A program made the position numbers and the translations under genes. A stretch of 64,000 nt of DNA from Rhabdothermincola salaria (GTDB lineage: Bacteria; Actinomycetota; Acidimicrobiia; Acidimicrobiales; Acidimicrobilacustridaceae): NCBI RefSeq assembly GCF_021246445.1, contig NZ_JAJQXW010000001.1:868001-932000 (forward strand). The letters are read 5' to 3'. The notes under the pieces were generated by a model. That model searched no databases and was not told the origin of the DNA. It saw only the letters and a list, made by a program, of their open reading frames with translations. Each line of letters begins with the position of its first letter. Positions within the stretch are counted from its first letter, which is position 1. This document shows, in pieces, positions 40,144 to 50,375 of the stretch.

Positions 40144-41277
40144 TCAGGGGAAGAGCACGATGCTGGCGGTGAAGCCGTGGAGGAAGTTGCGGCCGCCGAC
40201 CGGCCCGATCTCGCCGGCGCAGAACATGCCGCCGACGGCCACGGTGCCCAGCGTCTCGGCCACCACCCCGGCGTCGTGGTGGGGGGTGCCGAACAGGCGG
40301 GAGCCGCGCCCGTTGCAGGTGAACACCAAGGCGCCCGAGGCGCGGCGGCCGTCGAGCGCCAGCCGCAGGTCGGTGTCGGCGGACTCGGCGTCGCGCACCT
40401 GGAACTGGATCGTGTCGCCGATGTTGACCTCGTCGCCGATGGCCACCGCCCCGTTGTCCCGGTCGGCGCCGAGCACGTTGCGGACGAGGAAGTCACCCCG
40501 TTCGAAGTCGATCTTGTGCTCGTCGATGACCCGCCCCACGTGCAGTCCCTGGGCCGCCTTGGCCCGTTCGTCGTCGCTCAGCGACACGATGAGCTCCTGC
40601 ACCCGCTCCAGCGCCGGGCGGCCGGCGATCTCGTGGACCATGTTTCCCTCGGCGCGGGTGACGGTGAGCGGGGAGCCCACCGGGGCGCAGCCCTGGCTCA
40701 CCACCGAGTCGGCGACCTGGTGCGCTCCGAGCACGACACCGACCGCACCCTGGTCGAACATCTGGTCGTCGACGACGAGGCGGTTGCCGCCCGGACCGAA
40801 GCCGGCGGAGGCCAGTCCGCCCACCACCCGGAGCTGGGGCTGGTGCTCCTGCAGCGTGGCGAGGAGCGGCTCGACCGGGAACGACGGGTCGGCGAGCAGG
40901 AGCAACGTGTCGGCCTCCTGGAGGGCCTCCGGCTCGAGCCCGACGACGGCCATCCCCTCGCCGGTGGGCACCGCCGAGAGGCTGACGGGCCGGACCGCCC
41001 CGGTGTGGCCGGCCCAGAGGGACACGGCCGGGACCTCTTCGGCTTCGTCGCGGCCGCCGAGCACCGAGACCGCGGTGGCGGCCAGCAGCACCCCCGGCGA
41101 GAGCATGGTGCGCACCGAGGCGGCGATGTCCTCGAGCGCGCCGAGGTGCGCTCGGGTCACGAACAGCACCGCCAGATCGGGGGGCTGGCCTCCCAGACGC
41201 TCGAGCACCTCGCCCACCACCTCGCCGGTGGCGTGGGTGGGCAGCGGGTGCTCCGAGAGCGCAGCGGCGAAGGGCAC
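40144..41277 (-). CDS. FIST N/C domain signal-transduction protein
   Basis: VVGGLAS, SQGCAPVG, FQVRD, FTCNGRG, GMFCAGEIGP. Confidence 0.88.
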   Translation of the reverse strand: MPFAAALSEHPLPTHATGEVVGEVLERLGGQPPDLAVLFVTRAHLGALEDIAASVRTMLSPGVLLAATAVSVLGGRDEAEEVPAVSLWAGHTGAVRPVSLSAVPTGEGMAVVGLEPEALQEADTLLLLADPSFPVEPLLATLQEHQPQLRVVGGLASAGFGPGGNRLVVDDQMFDQGAVGVVLGAHQVADSVVSQGCAPVGSPLTVTRAEGNMVHEIAGRPALERVQELIVSLSDDERAKAAQGLHVGRVIDEHKIDFERGDFLVRNVLGADRDNGAVAIGDEVNIGDTIQFQVRDAESADTDLRLALDGRRASGALVFTCNGRGSRLFGTPHHDAGVVAETLGTVAVGGMFCAGEIGPVGGRNFLHGFTASIVLFP

Positions 41278-41287
41278 GGGCGGGGTC

Positions 41288-41677
41288 CTAGGCCGGGACG
41301 GGCGGCAGGAGGGTGTAGGGCACGACGGTGACCGGCCCCATGTCGACGCGGCAGTGAGCCTCGACCGTGTCGTAGTCGTCGAAGGCCAGCTCGGCGCGCA
41401 CCAGCCGGTAGTTGAACTTCCCCGGTTCCACCTGGAGGGGCTGCACGTTGCGAGCCACCTGCTCGCCGTCGCGCAGGTAGGTCACCTCCAGGGCCGCTGA
41501 GGCCCTGCCGTCGGGTGGGTTGTGGACGATGACGACCAGGTGCGGCTCGACGGTGACGGGCACCGGGGCCGGCGCGGTCGCGGAGAACTGCACGCCGGAG
41601 AGGTCGATGCGGGTCGACGGCCCGGCGACCTGACGCAGGTCGATGGCCTCGATGAACAAGGCGGCGAGGATGTTCAT
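41288..41677 (-). CDS. Hypothetical beta-rich protein
   Basis: TAGGGT 7 nt before ATG 41677; GC3-rich codons; co-oriented with FIST. Confidence 0.75.
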   Translation of the reverse strand: MNILAALFIEAIDLRQVAGPSTRIDLSGVQFSATAPAPVPVTVEPHLVVIVHNPPDGRASAALEVTYLRDGEQVARNVQPLQVEPGKFNYRLVRAELAFDDYDTVEAHCRVDMGPVTVVPYTLLPPVPA

Positions 41678-41763
41678 GGACTTCACCCTAGGCAGCCCAC
41701 CCCATGGCGCCACACCGGTGCCGGTCCCGCTGTCGCCGACCGGGCGACCGGTAGGGTGCCGGC

Positions 41764-42375
41764 ATGGCCGTGAGCGAGGGGACCACTTCCACGCGCGAAG
41801 CGATCCTCATCGAGGCGCAGCGCTGCTTCGCCGAGCACGGCTACGACGGGACCTCGCTGAACGACATCGCCGAGGCCGTCGGCATCCGTCGGTCGAGCGT
41901 CCTGCACCACTTCCCCTCGAAGGACGCCATCTACCGCGAGGTCTTCGAACAGGCGCTGGGCGAGTGGCTCCTCCGGGTGGGTACGGCGACGGCCAGCCCG
42001 GTCGAGGGTTGGCCCAAGGTCGACTTCGTGCTCACCGCCGGCTTCCGCTTCTTCCAGGAGCACCCGGAGTTCGTCCGCCTGGTCCGACGTGAGGCGCTCG
42101 ACGGGGCCGACCGCCACGGCATCGACCTCGGCGTGGCGCTGCGACCGCTCTTCGAGCAGGCGGTGGCCTACTTCGAGGCGGAGATGGCTGCGGGCCGCTT
42201 CCGCCAGTTCGACGCCGAGCAGCTCCTGCTCACCGGCTACGGCGCCCTGCTCAGCTACTTCTCGGACCTGCCCTTCATCGAGGGGCTCCTCGGCCGGGAC
42301 CCCGCGGGGCCCGAGGCGCTCGACCAGCGCCTCGAACACGTGCGGTCGCTGTTTCGCGCCGCGCTCGAACCCTGA
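41764..42375 (+). CDS. TetR/AcrR family regulator
   Basis: [35 protein letters not shown]. Confidence 0.92.
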   Translation: MAVSEGTTSTREAILIEAQRCFAEHGYDGTSLNDIAEAVGIRRSSVLHHFPSKDAIYREVFEQALGEWLLRVGTATASPVEGWPKVDFVLTAGFRFFQEHPEFVRLVRREALDGADRHGIDLGVALRPLFEQAVAYFEAEMAAGRFRQFDAEQLLLTGYGALLSYFSDLPFIEGLLGRDPAGPEALDQRLEHVRSLFRAALEP

Positions 42376-42421
42376 CCACCCGCACCGGGCCGTCCCCGTC
42401 GCCCGCCCACCCCGATCGACC

Positions 42422-43093
42422 ATGACCCGAACCCTCTCCGAAGCCGATTCCAAGGCCCTCCTCGCCCCCTACGGAGTCCCCTTCCTCCCCGAGCGCGTGG
42501 TGGCCACACCCGCCGAGGCCGCGTCGGCCTGCGTCGAGCTCGGGGGTCCCGTGGTGGCCAAGCTCTGTGGTGACGCCATCGCCCACAAGACGGAGCGGGG
42601 TCTGGTGCGCCTCGGACTCGCCGACCCGGTGGCCACCGAGGTGGCGGCCGCCGAGCTCTTCGCCGCGGCACAGCCCGAGGACGGCGAGGTCACCGTGCTG
42701 GTGGCGCCCATGGTCCGCGCCACGCGGGAGCTGATCGCCGGCGTGGCCCAGGACCCGCAGTTCGGTCCCACGGTGCTGCTCGGCGTCGGCGGCGTCCTCG
42801 CCGAAGCCATCGCCGACGTGGTGGTCCGGCTCGTGCCCGTCACCGAGATCGATGCGAGCGAGATGATCGGCGACCTCGCCAGCCAGGCTCTCCTCGGGGC
42901 CTTCCGGGGGGAGCCCGAGGTCGACCGGTCCGCGCTGGCCGACGTCCTGCTCGCCCTGTCGGAGGCCAGCCGCCACGTGCCGGGGCTCGTGTCGGTCGAC
43001 CTCAACCCGCTCATGATCGTCGATGGTCGACCGGTGGCGGTCGACGCGCTGGTCGAGATGGCCGAGCCCGCCGGCCCCGGAGGCGCCCGCTGA
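42422..43093 (+). CDS. ADP-forming acyl-CoA ligase, ATP-grasp (beta) subunit
   Basis: LSEADSK..YG, HKTERGLV, DPQFGP..GVGG, DLNP..VDA. Confidence 0.88.
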   Translation: MTRTLSEADSKALLAPYGVPFLPERVVATPAEAASACVELGGPVVAKLCGDAIAHKTERGLVRLGLADPVATEVAAAELFAAAQPEDGEVTVLVAPMVRATRELIAGVAQDPQFGPTVLLGVGGVLAEAIADVVVRLVPVTEIDASEMIGDLASQALLGAFRGEPEVDRSALADVLLALSEASRHVPGLVSVDLNPLMIVDGRPVAVDALVEMAEPAGPGGAR

Positions 43094-44571
43094 TGCCCGG
43101 TCCCGAGCACTTCCGAGCCCTCTTCGATCCCGACGGAGTGGTGGTCGCAGGGGCGTCCACGCATCCCGGCAAGTTCGGCTTCGTGGCCCTCCACAACATC
43201 CTGGCCGCCGGCTACCGGGGCGAGGTGTTCGCCACCAACCGGGACGGGGCCGAGGTGCTGGGCCGCCCGACGCTCCGCTCGCTCGACGAGATGCCCGACG
43301 GCGCGGCCGATCTGGTCTTCGTGTGCACCCCGGCACGGGCCAACCCGGACCTGTTGCGCCAGGCCGCAGCCAAGGGCATCAGGGCGGCCTTCATCGCGTC
43401 GGCCGGGTACGGCGAAGCCGGCGACGAGGGCCGGCGGGCCCAGGACGAGCTGGTGGCCCTGGCCCACGAGCTCGACCTGTTGATCGTCGGCCCGAACGGC
43501 CAGGGGGTGGTGTCCACCCCGTCGTCGCTGTGCGCCCAGATCGTGGCGCCCTACCCGCCGGCCGGCGGCATCGGCATCGCCAGCCAATCCGGGAACTTCG
43601 TCTCGTCGTTCATGAACCTGGCCCGGGCATCGGGCATCGGGGTGAGCCGGGCGGTCTCCGCCGGCAACGCCGCCCAGGTCGGGGTCATCGACTTCCTCGA
43701 GCACTACGCCGACGATCCGGCCACCACCGTCGCGCTCGCCTACGTGGAGGGCATCACCGACGGTCCCGACTTCGCCCGGCGACTGCGGGCGGTCGCCGAG
43801 CGCCTCCCGGTCGTGATCCTCAAGGGCGGAGCCTCGGCCACCGGTGCCCGGGCCGCGGCCAGCCACACCGGCTCGCTGGCGACCGACGACCGGGTCTTCG
43901 AGGGGCTCTGCCGCCAGGCCGGCGCCACCCGGGCGACCACGGTCGAGGACGCCTTCGAGGCCGCGGCCACGCTCGCCAGCCAGCCCGTCCCGGCGGGACC
44001 CCGGGTGGCCGTGGTGACCACCGTCGGGGGGTGGGGCGTCATCACCGCCGATGCCCTCGCCGCCACCACGCTCGAGCTGATCGCCCTCCCCGCCGACCTC
44101 ACCGACACGCTCGACGGGCTCCTGCCCCCGCGCTGGAGCCGCAACAACCCGATCGATCTCGCCGGCGGGGAGACCAAGGACACCGTTCCCGCCGTGCTCG
44201 AGGCGGTCGTCGCCCATCCCGCCGTCGACGCAGTGGTCTTCCTCGGCATGGGCATCCAATCCAACCAGGGCCGCCTCGAGGAGGCCGGGCCCTTCTACCC
44301 GGATCACGGGCTCGAGCGCATCGCGGCCTTCCACGAGCGCCAGGACCACCGCTACACCACCTTCGCCGCCGAGGTCTCCGAGCGCTACGGCAAGCCCGTG
44401 CTCACCGCCACCGAGCTGGCCGCCGCCGACCCCCACAACGCCGCGGTGCGGGGGGTCCGCGACAGCGGCCGGTACTGCTACCCGTCGGCCGACCGGGCCG
44501 TGTTGGCGCTCGAGCACGCCTGGAAGCTGGCCCGATGGCGCCGCGCCCGCGGGCTCGATCCCAGCTTCTAG
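43093..44571 (+). CDS. ADP-forming acyl-CoA ligase, CoA-binding (alpha) subunit
   Basis: VAGAS, GPNGQG, SQSG, SHTGSLA (phospho-His), NPIDL. Confidence 0.9.
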   Translation: MPGPEHFRALFDPDGVVVAGASTHPGKFGFVALHNILAAGYRGEVFATNRDGAEVLGRPTLRSLDEMPDGAADLVFVCTPARANPDLLRQAAAKGIRAAFIASAGYGEAGDEGRRAQDELVALAHELDLLIVGPNGQGVVSTPSSLCAQIVAPYPPAGGIGIASQSGNFVSSFMNLARASGIGVSRAVSAGNAAQVGVIDFLEHYADDPATTVALAYVEGITDGPDFARRLRAVAERLPVVILKGGASATGARAAASHTGSLATDDRVFEGLCRQAGATRATTVEDAFEAAATLASQPVPAGPRVAVVTTVGGWGVITADALAATTLELIALPADLTDTLDGLLPPRWSRNNPIDLAGGETKDTVPAVLEAVVAHPAVDAVVFLGMGIQSNQGRLEEAGPFYPDHGLERIAAFHERQDHRYTTFAAEVSERYGKPVLTATELAAADPHNAAVRGVRDSGRYCYPSADRAVLALEHAWKLARWRRARGLDPSF

Positions 44572-44582
44572 GGTTGCCGCCC

Positions 44583-46025
44583 GTGCTGGTCCCCTGGAGC
44601 TCCCGGTCGCGACGTGCCCCCTTGGTGGTGGCCGTCGTCGTGGCCCTGCTGGCGCTGGTCGTGCCGCTCGCCGGAGAGGGCGGGGCCCAGGAGGACGAGG
44701 TCGTCGCACCACCGGCCTCGACGCCCGTGCTGTCGGCCCGCCGCGTCCCGGGCCTGGTGCAGGGTGCCGTCGCCGGTCCGGCGCTGGCGGCCGCCGTCGA
44801 GGGCACCATCGACCGCAACCCCGAGACCTGGTGCTTCGTCGCCGAGGATGCGGGACGCCCGGTCGTCACGGTGAACCCGGACCTGCCGCTCGCGCCTGCG
44901 TCGGTCACCAAGCTGTTCACCGCCACGGCGCTCCTCGAGCACTTCGGCCCCGACCACACGTTGCGCACTGTGCTGGCGGCGGCGCAGCCTGCGGTCGACG
45001 GCGTCATCGACGGCGACCTCTACCTGGTGGGGGGAGGCGACCCCCTCTGGGCCACCTCGGGATACGCCCAGAGCTTCGACGACCCGGCGAACCCCTGGGT
45101 CGACGCCGGCCTCATCGCCGATGCCCTCGTCGACGCGGGTGTCCGCGAGGTGCGGGGCAACGTGGTGGGCGACGACAGCCGCCACGACGGCGAGCGCTGG
45201 GTCGCCAGCTGGCCCACCCGGTATCGCAGCGACCCGTCCGTCGGCCCCATCAGCGCCCTCAACATCAACGACGGCTTCACCGGCTACGTCGAGACGCCCG
45301 ACCAGCCCAACGCCGACCGTCGAGCCGGCGACCCGCCCGAGCTCGCTGCCCAGACCCTGGTGACCCTGCTCGAGCAGCGGGGTGTCGCCGTCGGCGGTGG
45401 TGGCGTCGCCGGAGCACGTCCGCCCGACGCGGTCGAGGTGGCGGGGGTCGATTCCCGCCCGATGAGCGAGCTGGTGGGCGAGATGGTCCTCGAATCCGAC
45501 AACAACACCGCCGAGATGCTGGTCAAGGAGCTGGGCCTGGATCGTGCCGGGCAGGGCACCACGGCCGCCGGCCTGGCCGAGGTCGTGGCCGTGCTCGACG
45601 AGCTGGGCCTGCCCACCGGCGACCTCGGACTGAAGGACGGGTCCGGTCTCGATCCCGAGAACCGCGTGACGTGCGGGGCGGTCATGGCCGTCCTCGACCA
45701 CCACGGGCCGGACTCCTTGCTGTCGGGGTCGTTGGCCGTGGCCGGCCAGACCGGCACCTTGCACCGGCGCATGGTGGGATCGCCCGCGACCGGACAGGTC
45801 CGGGCCAAGACCGGCACGCTCAACACCGTCAACGCCCTCGCGGGCTGGGCCGACACGTCGGGAGCCCGCCTCACCTTCGTGGGCCTCGGCAACGGCAACG
45901 ACCCCAGGGGCAACGTGGCCGCCGACCGCTTCGCCGATGCCCTCGTGAGCTACCCGGCCGCACCCCCGTTGGCCGAGCTCGGCCCGTCGTCACCCGAGCC
46001 TGCGCTCGTCGGGCCCGCGGAGTGA
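44583..46025 (+). CDS. dacB: D-Ala-D-Ala carboxypeptidase/endopeptidase (peptidase S13)
   Basis: SxxK (ASVTK), SDN, DGSGL, KTGTL; N-terminal TM segment. Confidence 0.92.
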   Translation: MLVPWSSRSRRAPLVVAVVVALLALVVPLAGEGGAQEDEVVAPPASTPVLSARRVPGLVQGAVAGPALAAAVEGTIDRNPETWCFVAEDAGRPVVTVNPDLPLAPASVTKLFTATALLEHFGPDHTLRTVLAAAQPAVDGVIDGDLYLVGGGDPLWATSGYAQSFDDPANPWVDAGLIADALVDAGVREVRGNVVGDDSRHDGERWVASWPTRYRSDPSVGPISALNINDGFTGYVETPDQPNADRRAGDPPELAAQTLVTLLEQRGVAVGGGGVAGARPPDAVEVAGVDSRPMSELVGEMVLESDNNTAEMLVKELGLDRAGQGTTAAGLAEVVAVLDELGLPTGDLGLKDGSGLDPENRVTCGAVMAVLDHHGPDSLLSGSLAVAGQTGTLHRRMVGSPATGQVRAKTGTLNTVNALAGWADTSGARLTFVGLGNGNDPRGNVAADRFADALVSYPAAPPLAELGPSSPEPALVGPAE

Positions 46026-46042
46026 TTCGGGTTCTCATCCTC

Positions 46043-46416
46043 TAGACTCTTCGGATGCCTTGGATCCCGGACCCCCCGACACGGCTCCGCGCGGATCAGG
46101 CCTCGGCCCACCGCCACTGACCGAGGTGCACCGCTCGACTCCGAGTCGAGACGTCGTCGCATCCGGCACCGCGGGGACCGCATGCCCTGTCCACTCCTGC
46201 CCGCCACCTCCGGCGCGCCCCTGACCGTGGGCAGCGCACTGGTGCCGCCCCTCGGGCCGAGCACAGGGGAGTAGGGCAGACCGACGGCCCGTCGCCGTCC
46301 CCGTCCCGCCGCGTTCTCGCGCCCGGACCACCACCGCCCCCCGTTCGAGTACCCCCCCGAGGTCCGATGCCCCCCCGCCATCCGTGGTGCCCCAACCCAA
46401 CCGGAGGCTCCGCTCG
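46043..46416 (+). promoter_or_regulatory. TAGACT -10 element and long structured 5' leader of the mrp operon (candidate cis-regulatory RNA)
   Basis: TAGACT 46043-46048; several complementary segments; AGGGGAGTAG at 46265-46274. Confidence 0.45.
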
Positions 46417-47886
46417 ATGCCCGTGATCGCCGTGATGGCGGTCTCGCTCCCGGCCCTCGCCGCCCTGGCCATCGCGCTGTCGGGTGATCGGCACCGGCTC
46501 CGGGTGCTGTGGACGGCCCTGGCGTCGGTCTCCACCTTCGGTCTGGTCGTGGTGCTCCTGCGCGCCGTGCTCGACGGCCGAGAGCCCGAGGTCACGCTGG
46601 TGACCCTGGCGCCCGCACTCGAGGTCGTCCTCAAGGTGGACGCCGCCGGGGTCTTGTTGGCGGCCACGGCCAGCGCCCTGTGGGTGCTCGCCGCCAGCTA
46701 CTCGTTCGGCTACGTCGCCGGTGCCGGCGAGTCCCACCGGACCCGGTTCTTCGCCGCCTTCGCCCTGTGCGTGGCCACCACCCTCGGGCTGGCCTTCGCC
46801 GGCAACCTGTTCACCTTCTTCGTCTTCTACGAGCTGTTGACCGCAGCCACCTATCCCCTCGTCGTCCACAAGCAGACCCCGCAGGCTCTCGCCGCCGGTC
46901 GCCGCTACCTGTTCACCCTCCTCGGTGGCGGGACCGCGGTGCTGCTCGTGGTGGTGATCGTGCAGACCACGGTGCCCGGTGCGGCCTTCACGGCTGGGGG
47001 AGTGCTCGACGGGAAGCTGTCCGACGCCGGCGTGCTCGTCCTCGTCGCCCTCACCGTGGTGGGTTTCGGCACCAAGGCCGCCATGATGCCGTTCCACGGC
47101 TGGCTGCCTCGGGCGATGGTGGCCCCGACACCGGTGAGCGCGCTGCTGCACGCCGTGGCCGTGGTGAAGGCGGGCGTCTTCGGGTTCACCAGGGTCTTCG
47201 GCTACGTGATCGGCCCGGACCGGCTCGCAGAGGTGGGAGCCGGAGTCGTCGTGGCCGTCCTCGCCTCGGTGACCATCGTGGTCGCCTCGATCATCGCCTT
47301 CCGCCAGGACAACCTGAAACGACGTCTGGCGTACTCGACCATCGCCCACCTCTCCTACATCGTCCTCGGCGTGTCCATCCTCTCCGCAGCCGCCTGGCAA
47401 GGGGCGCTGCTGCACCTCGCCAACCACGCGGTGCTCAAGATCACCCTGTTCTTCTGTGCCGGCGCGATCTACGTGACCACCGGCGTCGACCGCGTGTCGG
47501 CGATGGACGGCATCGGCCGTCGCATGCCCCTCACCATGGCGGCGTTCGGGATCGCCGCGCTCGGCCTGGCCGGCGTGCCCCCGATCAGCGGGTTCGTGAG
47601 CAAGTGGTTCCTCGGCCAGGGCACCATCGACGCCGCCGAACCGCTGCTCGCCGCAGTCGTCATCGGATCAGGGCTGCTCACAGCCGGCTACCTGCTGCCC
47701 ATCGTGCACCGGGCATTCTTCCGGTCGTCGCCGGAGTTCACCGTCCGCCGCGAGGCCGCGCCGTCGATGCTCGTCCCGCTCGGCATCACCGCCCTGCTGG
47801 GCGTGTTGCTCGGCCTGGGCGATCTCTTCTCGCTCGGCGACCTCGCGGGCAACGTCGGACGCGCCGTCACCGGGGGGCCGTCATGA
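46417..47886 (+). CDS. mrpD: Mrp Na+/H+ antiporter subunit D-like (copy 1)
   Basis: FYELLT..YPLV, KAAMMPFHGWLP.AM.APTPVSALLH, RRLAYST; GGAGG RBS. Confidence 0.88.
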   Translation: MPVIAVMAVSLPALAALAIALSGDRHRLRVLWTALASVSTFGLVVVLLRAVLDGREPEVTLVTLAPALEVVLKVDAAGVLLAATASALWVLAASYSFGYVAGAGESHRTRFFAAFALCVATTLGLAFAGNLFTFFVFYELLTAATYPLVVHKQTPQALAAGRRYLFTLLGGGTAVLLVVVIVQTTVPGAAFTAGGVLDGKLSDAGVLVLVALTVVGFGTKAAMMPFHGWLPRAMVAPTPVSALLHAVAVVKAGVFGFTRVFGYVIGPDRLAEVGAGVVVAVLASVTIVVASIIAFRQDNLKRRLAYSTIAHLSYIVLGVSILSAAAWQGALLHLANHAVLKITLFFCAGAIYVTTGVDRVSAMDGIGRRMPLTMAAFGIAALGLAGVPPISGFVSKWFLGQGTIDAAEPLLAAVVIGSGLLTAGYLLPIVHRAFFRSSPEFTVRREAAPSMLVPLGITALLGVLLGLGDLFSLGDLAGNVGRAVTGGPS

Positions 47887-48176
47887 GGGAGAACGCCATC
47901 GTCATCGTCGCCGCGCTGGTGCTCGGTCTGGCGACCGACCTCGCGACCGACAGCTACTACCCACCGGGGGTGATGCCCGTCTTCGTGACGGGGGTGACCG
48001 GGGTCTTGATCCTCGGCGCCAAGTGGCTCGGACGCCACCTCCTCGATCGTCCTGTCGACTCCCGGCCGGGTGACGTGGACCCGGCACCGGTGCACCACGA
48101 CCTCGCACCCACGGACGCGGGCTCCGAACCGCCGGTCGCAGCTCACAACGCAGCGACGGAGGCGTCTGATGGCTGA
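47883..48176 (+). CDS. Small 2-TM Mrp-associated membrane protein
   Basis: ATGA overlap with mrpD; two hydrophobic segments then AKWLG..L.R. Confidence 0.75.
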   Translation: MRENAIVIVAALVLGLATDLATDSYYPPGVMPVFVTGVTGVLILGAKWLGRHLLDRPVDSRPGDVDPAPVHHDLAPTDAGSEPPVAAHNAATEASDG

Positions 48177-49821
48177 GCTCCACCCTGGCCTCTTCCTCCT
48201 CCTGGCCGCCGCAGTCGTGGCCGTGGCCCCCCTGAGGTGGCGTTCGGCGCTCACGGTCGGAGCCGGGATCGGCGCGTTGGCGCTGACGCTCACGCTGGCC
48301 GCCGGGGACCGGGTGACCTACGACTTCTACGGCATCGAGGTCGTCCTGCTCCGCGCCGACGCGCTCTCCCTGGCCTTCGCCACGGTCTTCGCCGCCGTCA
48401 CCGTGCTGGTCGGGATCTACGGCTGGGCGACGATGGGCCGACAGGAGCAGGTCACCGCCCTGGCCACGGCCGGTGCGGGACTCGGCGTCGTGCTGGCGGG
48501 CGACCTGCTCACCCTCTTCTTCTTCTGGGAGCTCAAGGTCTCCACCGCGGTGCTCTTGATCCTCGCTCGGCGTAGCTCCCGTTCGAACCCCGCGGGCATG
48601 CGCTACCTCGGCGTCCACCTCGTCGGCGGCGTGGTCCTGCTCACCGGCGTCCTGTGGTGGTGGCAGGCGACCGGCTCGTTGGCCTTCGACGAGATCGGTC
48701 TCGGCTCCTGGGCCGCCGCGCTGATCCTCGTGGGGATGCTGCTGTCGGCTGCTGTCCCACCGCTCAACGCCTGGTTGCCCGATGCCTACCCGGTCGCCAC
48801 GGTGGCCGGCACCGTCGCCCTCAGTGCCTTCACCACCAAGTCGGCGGTCTACGCCCTGGCCCGTGGCTTCCCCGGCCTCGAACTGCTGCTGTGGCTGGGG
48901 GTGGCGATGGCGGTCTTCGGTGTCGTCTTCGCCATCCTCGAAGACGACATCCGCCGCCTGCTCAGCTACCACATCGTGTCGCAGGTGGGCTTCATGGTGG
49001 CCGCCATCGGCGTGGGGACCTCCATGGCCGTCGACGGCGCCACCGCCCACGCCTACGCCCACGTCCTCTACAAGGGCCTGCTGCTGATGGCCGCAGGGGC
49101 CGTGCTCCACGCCACCGGTCGCAGCCGGGCCTCCGAGCTCGGCGGCCTGAGCCGGGCCCTCCCCTGGGTGCTGGTCCTCTACATGGTCGGTGCGCTGTCC
49201 ATCTCCGGTGCGCCGCTCTTCAGCGGGTTCCCCGCCAAGGAGCTGTCGGTCGGATCGGTCGGGGACGCCGGCGAGTACGCGGCCCAGTGGCTGCTGAAGG
49301 CGGCCTCCGTCGGCACGGTGCTCTCGGTCGCGCTGAAGCTCCCGCTCTTCACCTGGGCGGGGACCGCTCGTGGTTCGACCACGGTCCGGCGCATCCCGAC
49401 TTCGATGTACGTCGCCATGGGCCTCGCCGCGGCAGCCAACCTGGCGCTCGGGCTGCGCCCCGGCCTCCTCTACGACCAGCTGCCGGGCCCGGTCACCTTC
49501 GCGCCCTACTCGCTGGACGCGGTGGTGATGGCCGTCCAGCTGCTGGCCTTCACCGCAGTCGGCTACTGGCTGCTCCGCTCCCGCCTGGTGCCCAAGGCCC
49601 GGGAGAGCGTCGACACCGACTGGGCCTACCGGGAGCTCCCGGCGATGGTCAGCGCCCGTGCCGGCGCGCTCCGCGAGCGCGTGCCCCCCCTTCGTCCTCC
49701 CCGGCTGCACATCCCCGTGCCCGACCGACCACCCCGTCCGGGGGCTCTTCCGGGATGGGTGCTCGGCACCGTCTTGATGGCGGCCATGGCCACCCTGCTC
49801 CTGACGAGCGTGCTCTCATGA
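48169..49821 (+). CDS. Mrp antiporter MrpA/D-like subunit (copy 2)
   Basis: FWEL, AWLPDAYP, SAFTTK, RRLLSYHIVSQVG, HVLYKGLL. Confidence 0.88.
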   Translation: MAELHPGLFLLLAAAVVAVAPLRWRSALTVGAGIGALALTLTLAAGDRVTYDFYGIEVVLLRADALSLAFATVFAAVTVLVGIYGWATMGRQEQVTALATAGAGLGVVLAGDLLTLFFFWELKVSTAVLLILARRSSRSNPAGMRYLGVHLVGGVVLLTGVLWWWQATGSLAFDEIGLGSWAAALILVGMLLSAAVPPLNAWLPDAYPVATVAGTVALSAFTTKSAVYALARGFPGLELLLWLGVAMAVFGVVFAILEDDIRRLLSYHIVSQVGFMVAAIGVGTSMAVDGATAHAYAHVLYKGLLLMAAGAVLHATGRSRASELGGLSRALPWVLVLYMVGALSISGAPLFSGFPAKELSVGSVGDAGEYAAQWLLKAASVGTVLSVALKLPLFTWAGTARGSTTVRRIPTSMYVAMGLAAAANLALGLRPGLLYDQLPGPVTFAPYSLDAVVMAVQLLAFTAVGYWLLRSRLVPKARESVDTDWAYRELPAMVSARAGALRERVPPLRPPRLHIPVPDRPPRPGALPGWVLGTVLMAAMATLLLTSVLS

Positions 49822-50375
49822 CCTCACGCCGCATCACCGTCGCCCTCTTCCTCGGCCTGACGGCCTTCTGGGTCGTGCTCTCCGGTCGGACGGACCCGTT
49901 GTTCCTCGCCATGGGCCTGGCCACCACGACCATCGTCACCGCCGTCACCGCTCGGCTGGTGAGCTCGGCGTTGGCCGCCGACAAGGCGCCGATCCCGCTG
50001 AGCCGGGTTCCCCTGCTGGTGGGCCGATGGGTCGGCTTCGTCCTCTGGATGGCAGGGCGCATCCTCGTGTCCAGCGTGCAGATCGGTGTGCTGGCCGTCC
50101 GGCCGCGGTTGTCGTTGGCGCCGTGCGAGGTCCGCTTCCGGACCCAGCTGCAAAGCCCCCTGGCCCGCACCTTGTTGACCAACGCCATCTCGCTCGTCCC
50201 GGGGACGATCACCGTCGACATCGACGGCGACGAGATCTGGGTCCATGCGCTGTCGCCGGCCCAGGTCGGTGACCTGACCAGCGGACGGCTCCAGAACAAG
50301 GTGGCCGGCCTGTTCCTCGAGGGCCCCCAACCTCCGCTGGACCCCTCCCAGATCAGCCGAGAGGCGGTGTCGTGA
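49818..50375 (+). CDS. mrpE: Mrp antiporter subunit E
   Basis: FWVVLSG, NAISLVPGTITV..VHAL. Confidence 0.9.
   Translation: MTSRRITVALFLGLTAFWVVLSGRTDPLFLAMGLATTTIVTAVTARLVSSALAADKAPIPLSRVPLLVGRWVGFVLWMAGRILVSSVQIGVLAVRPRLSLAPCEVRFRTQLQSPLARTLLTNAISLVPGTITVDIDGDEIWVHALSPAQVGDLTSGRLQNKVAGLFLEGPQPPLDPSQISREAVS

Noticed and set aside
43023..46025. Apparent 1000-aa protein ending in DacB
   Set aside because: The first half is an off-frame read of the acyl-CoA ligase alpha gene; DacB starts near 44583 after its own -10
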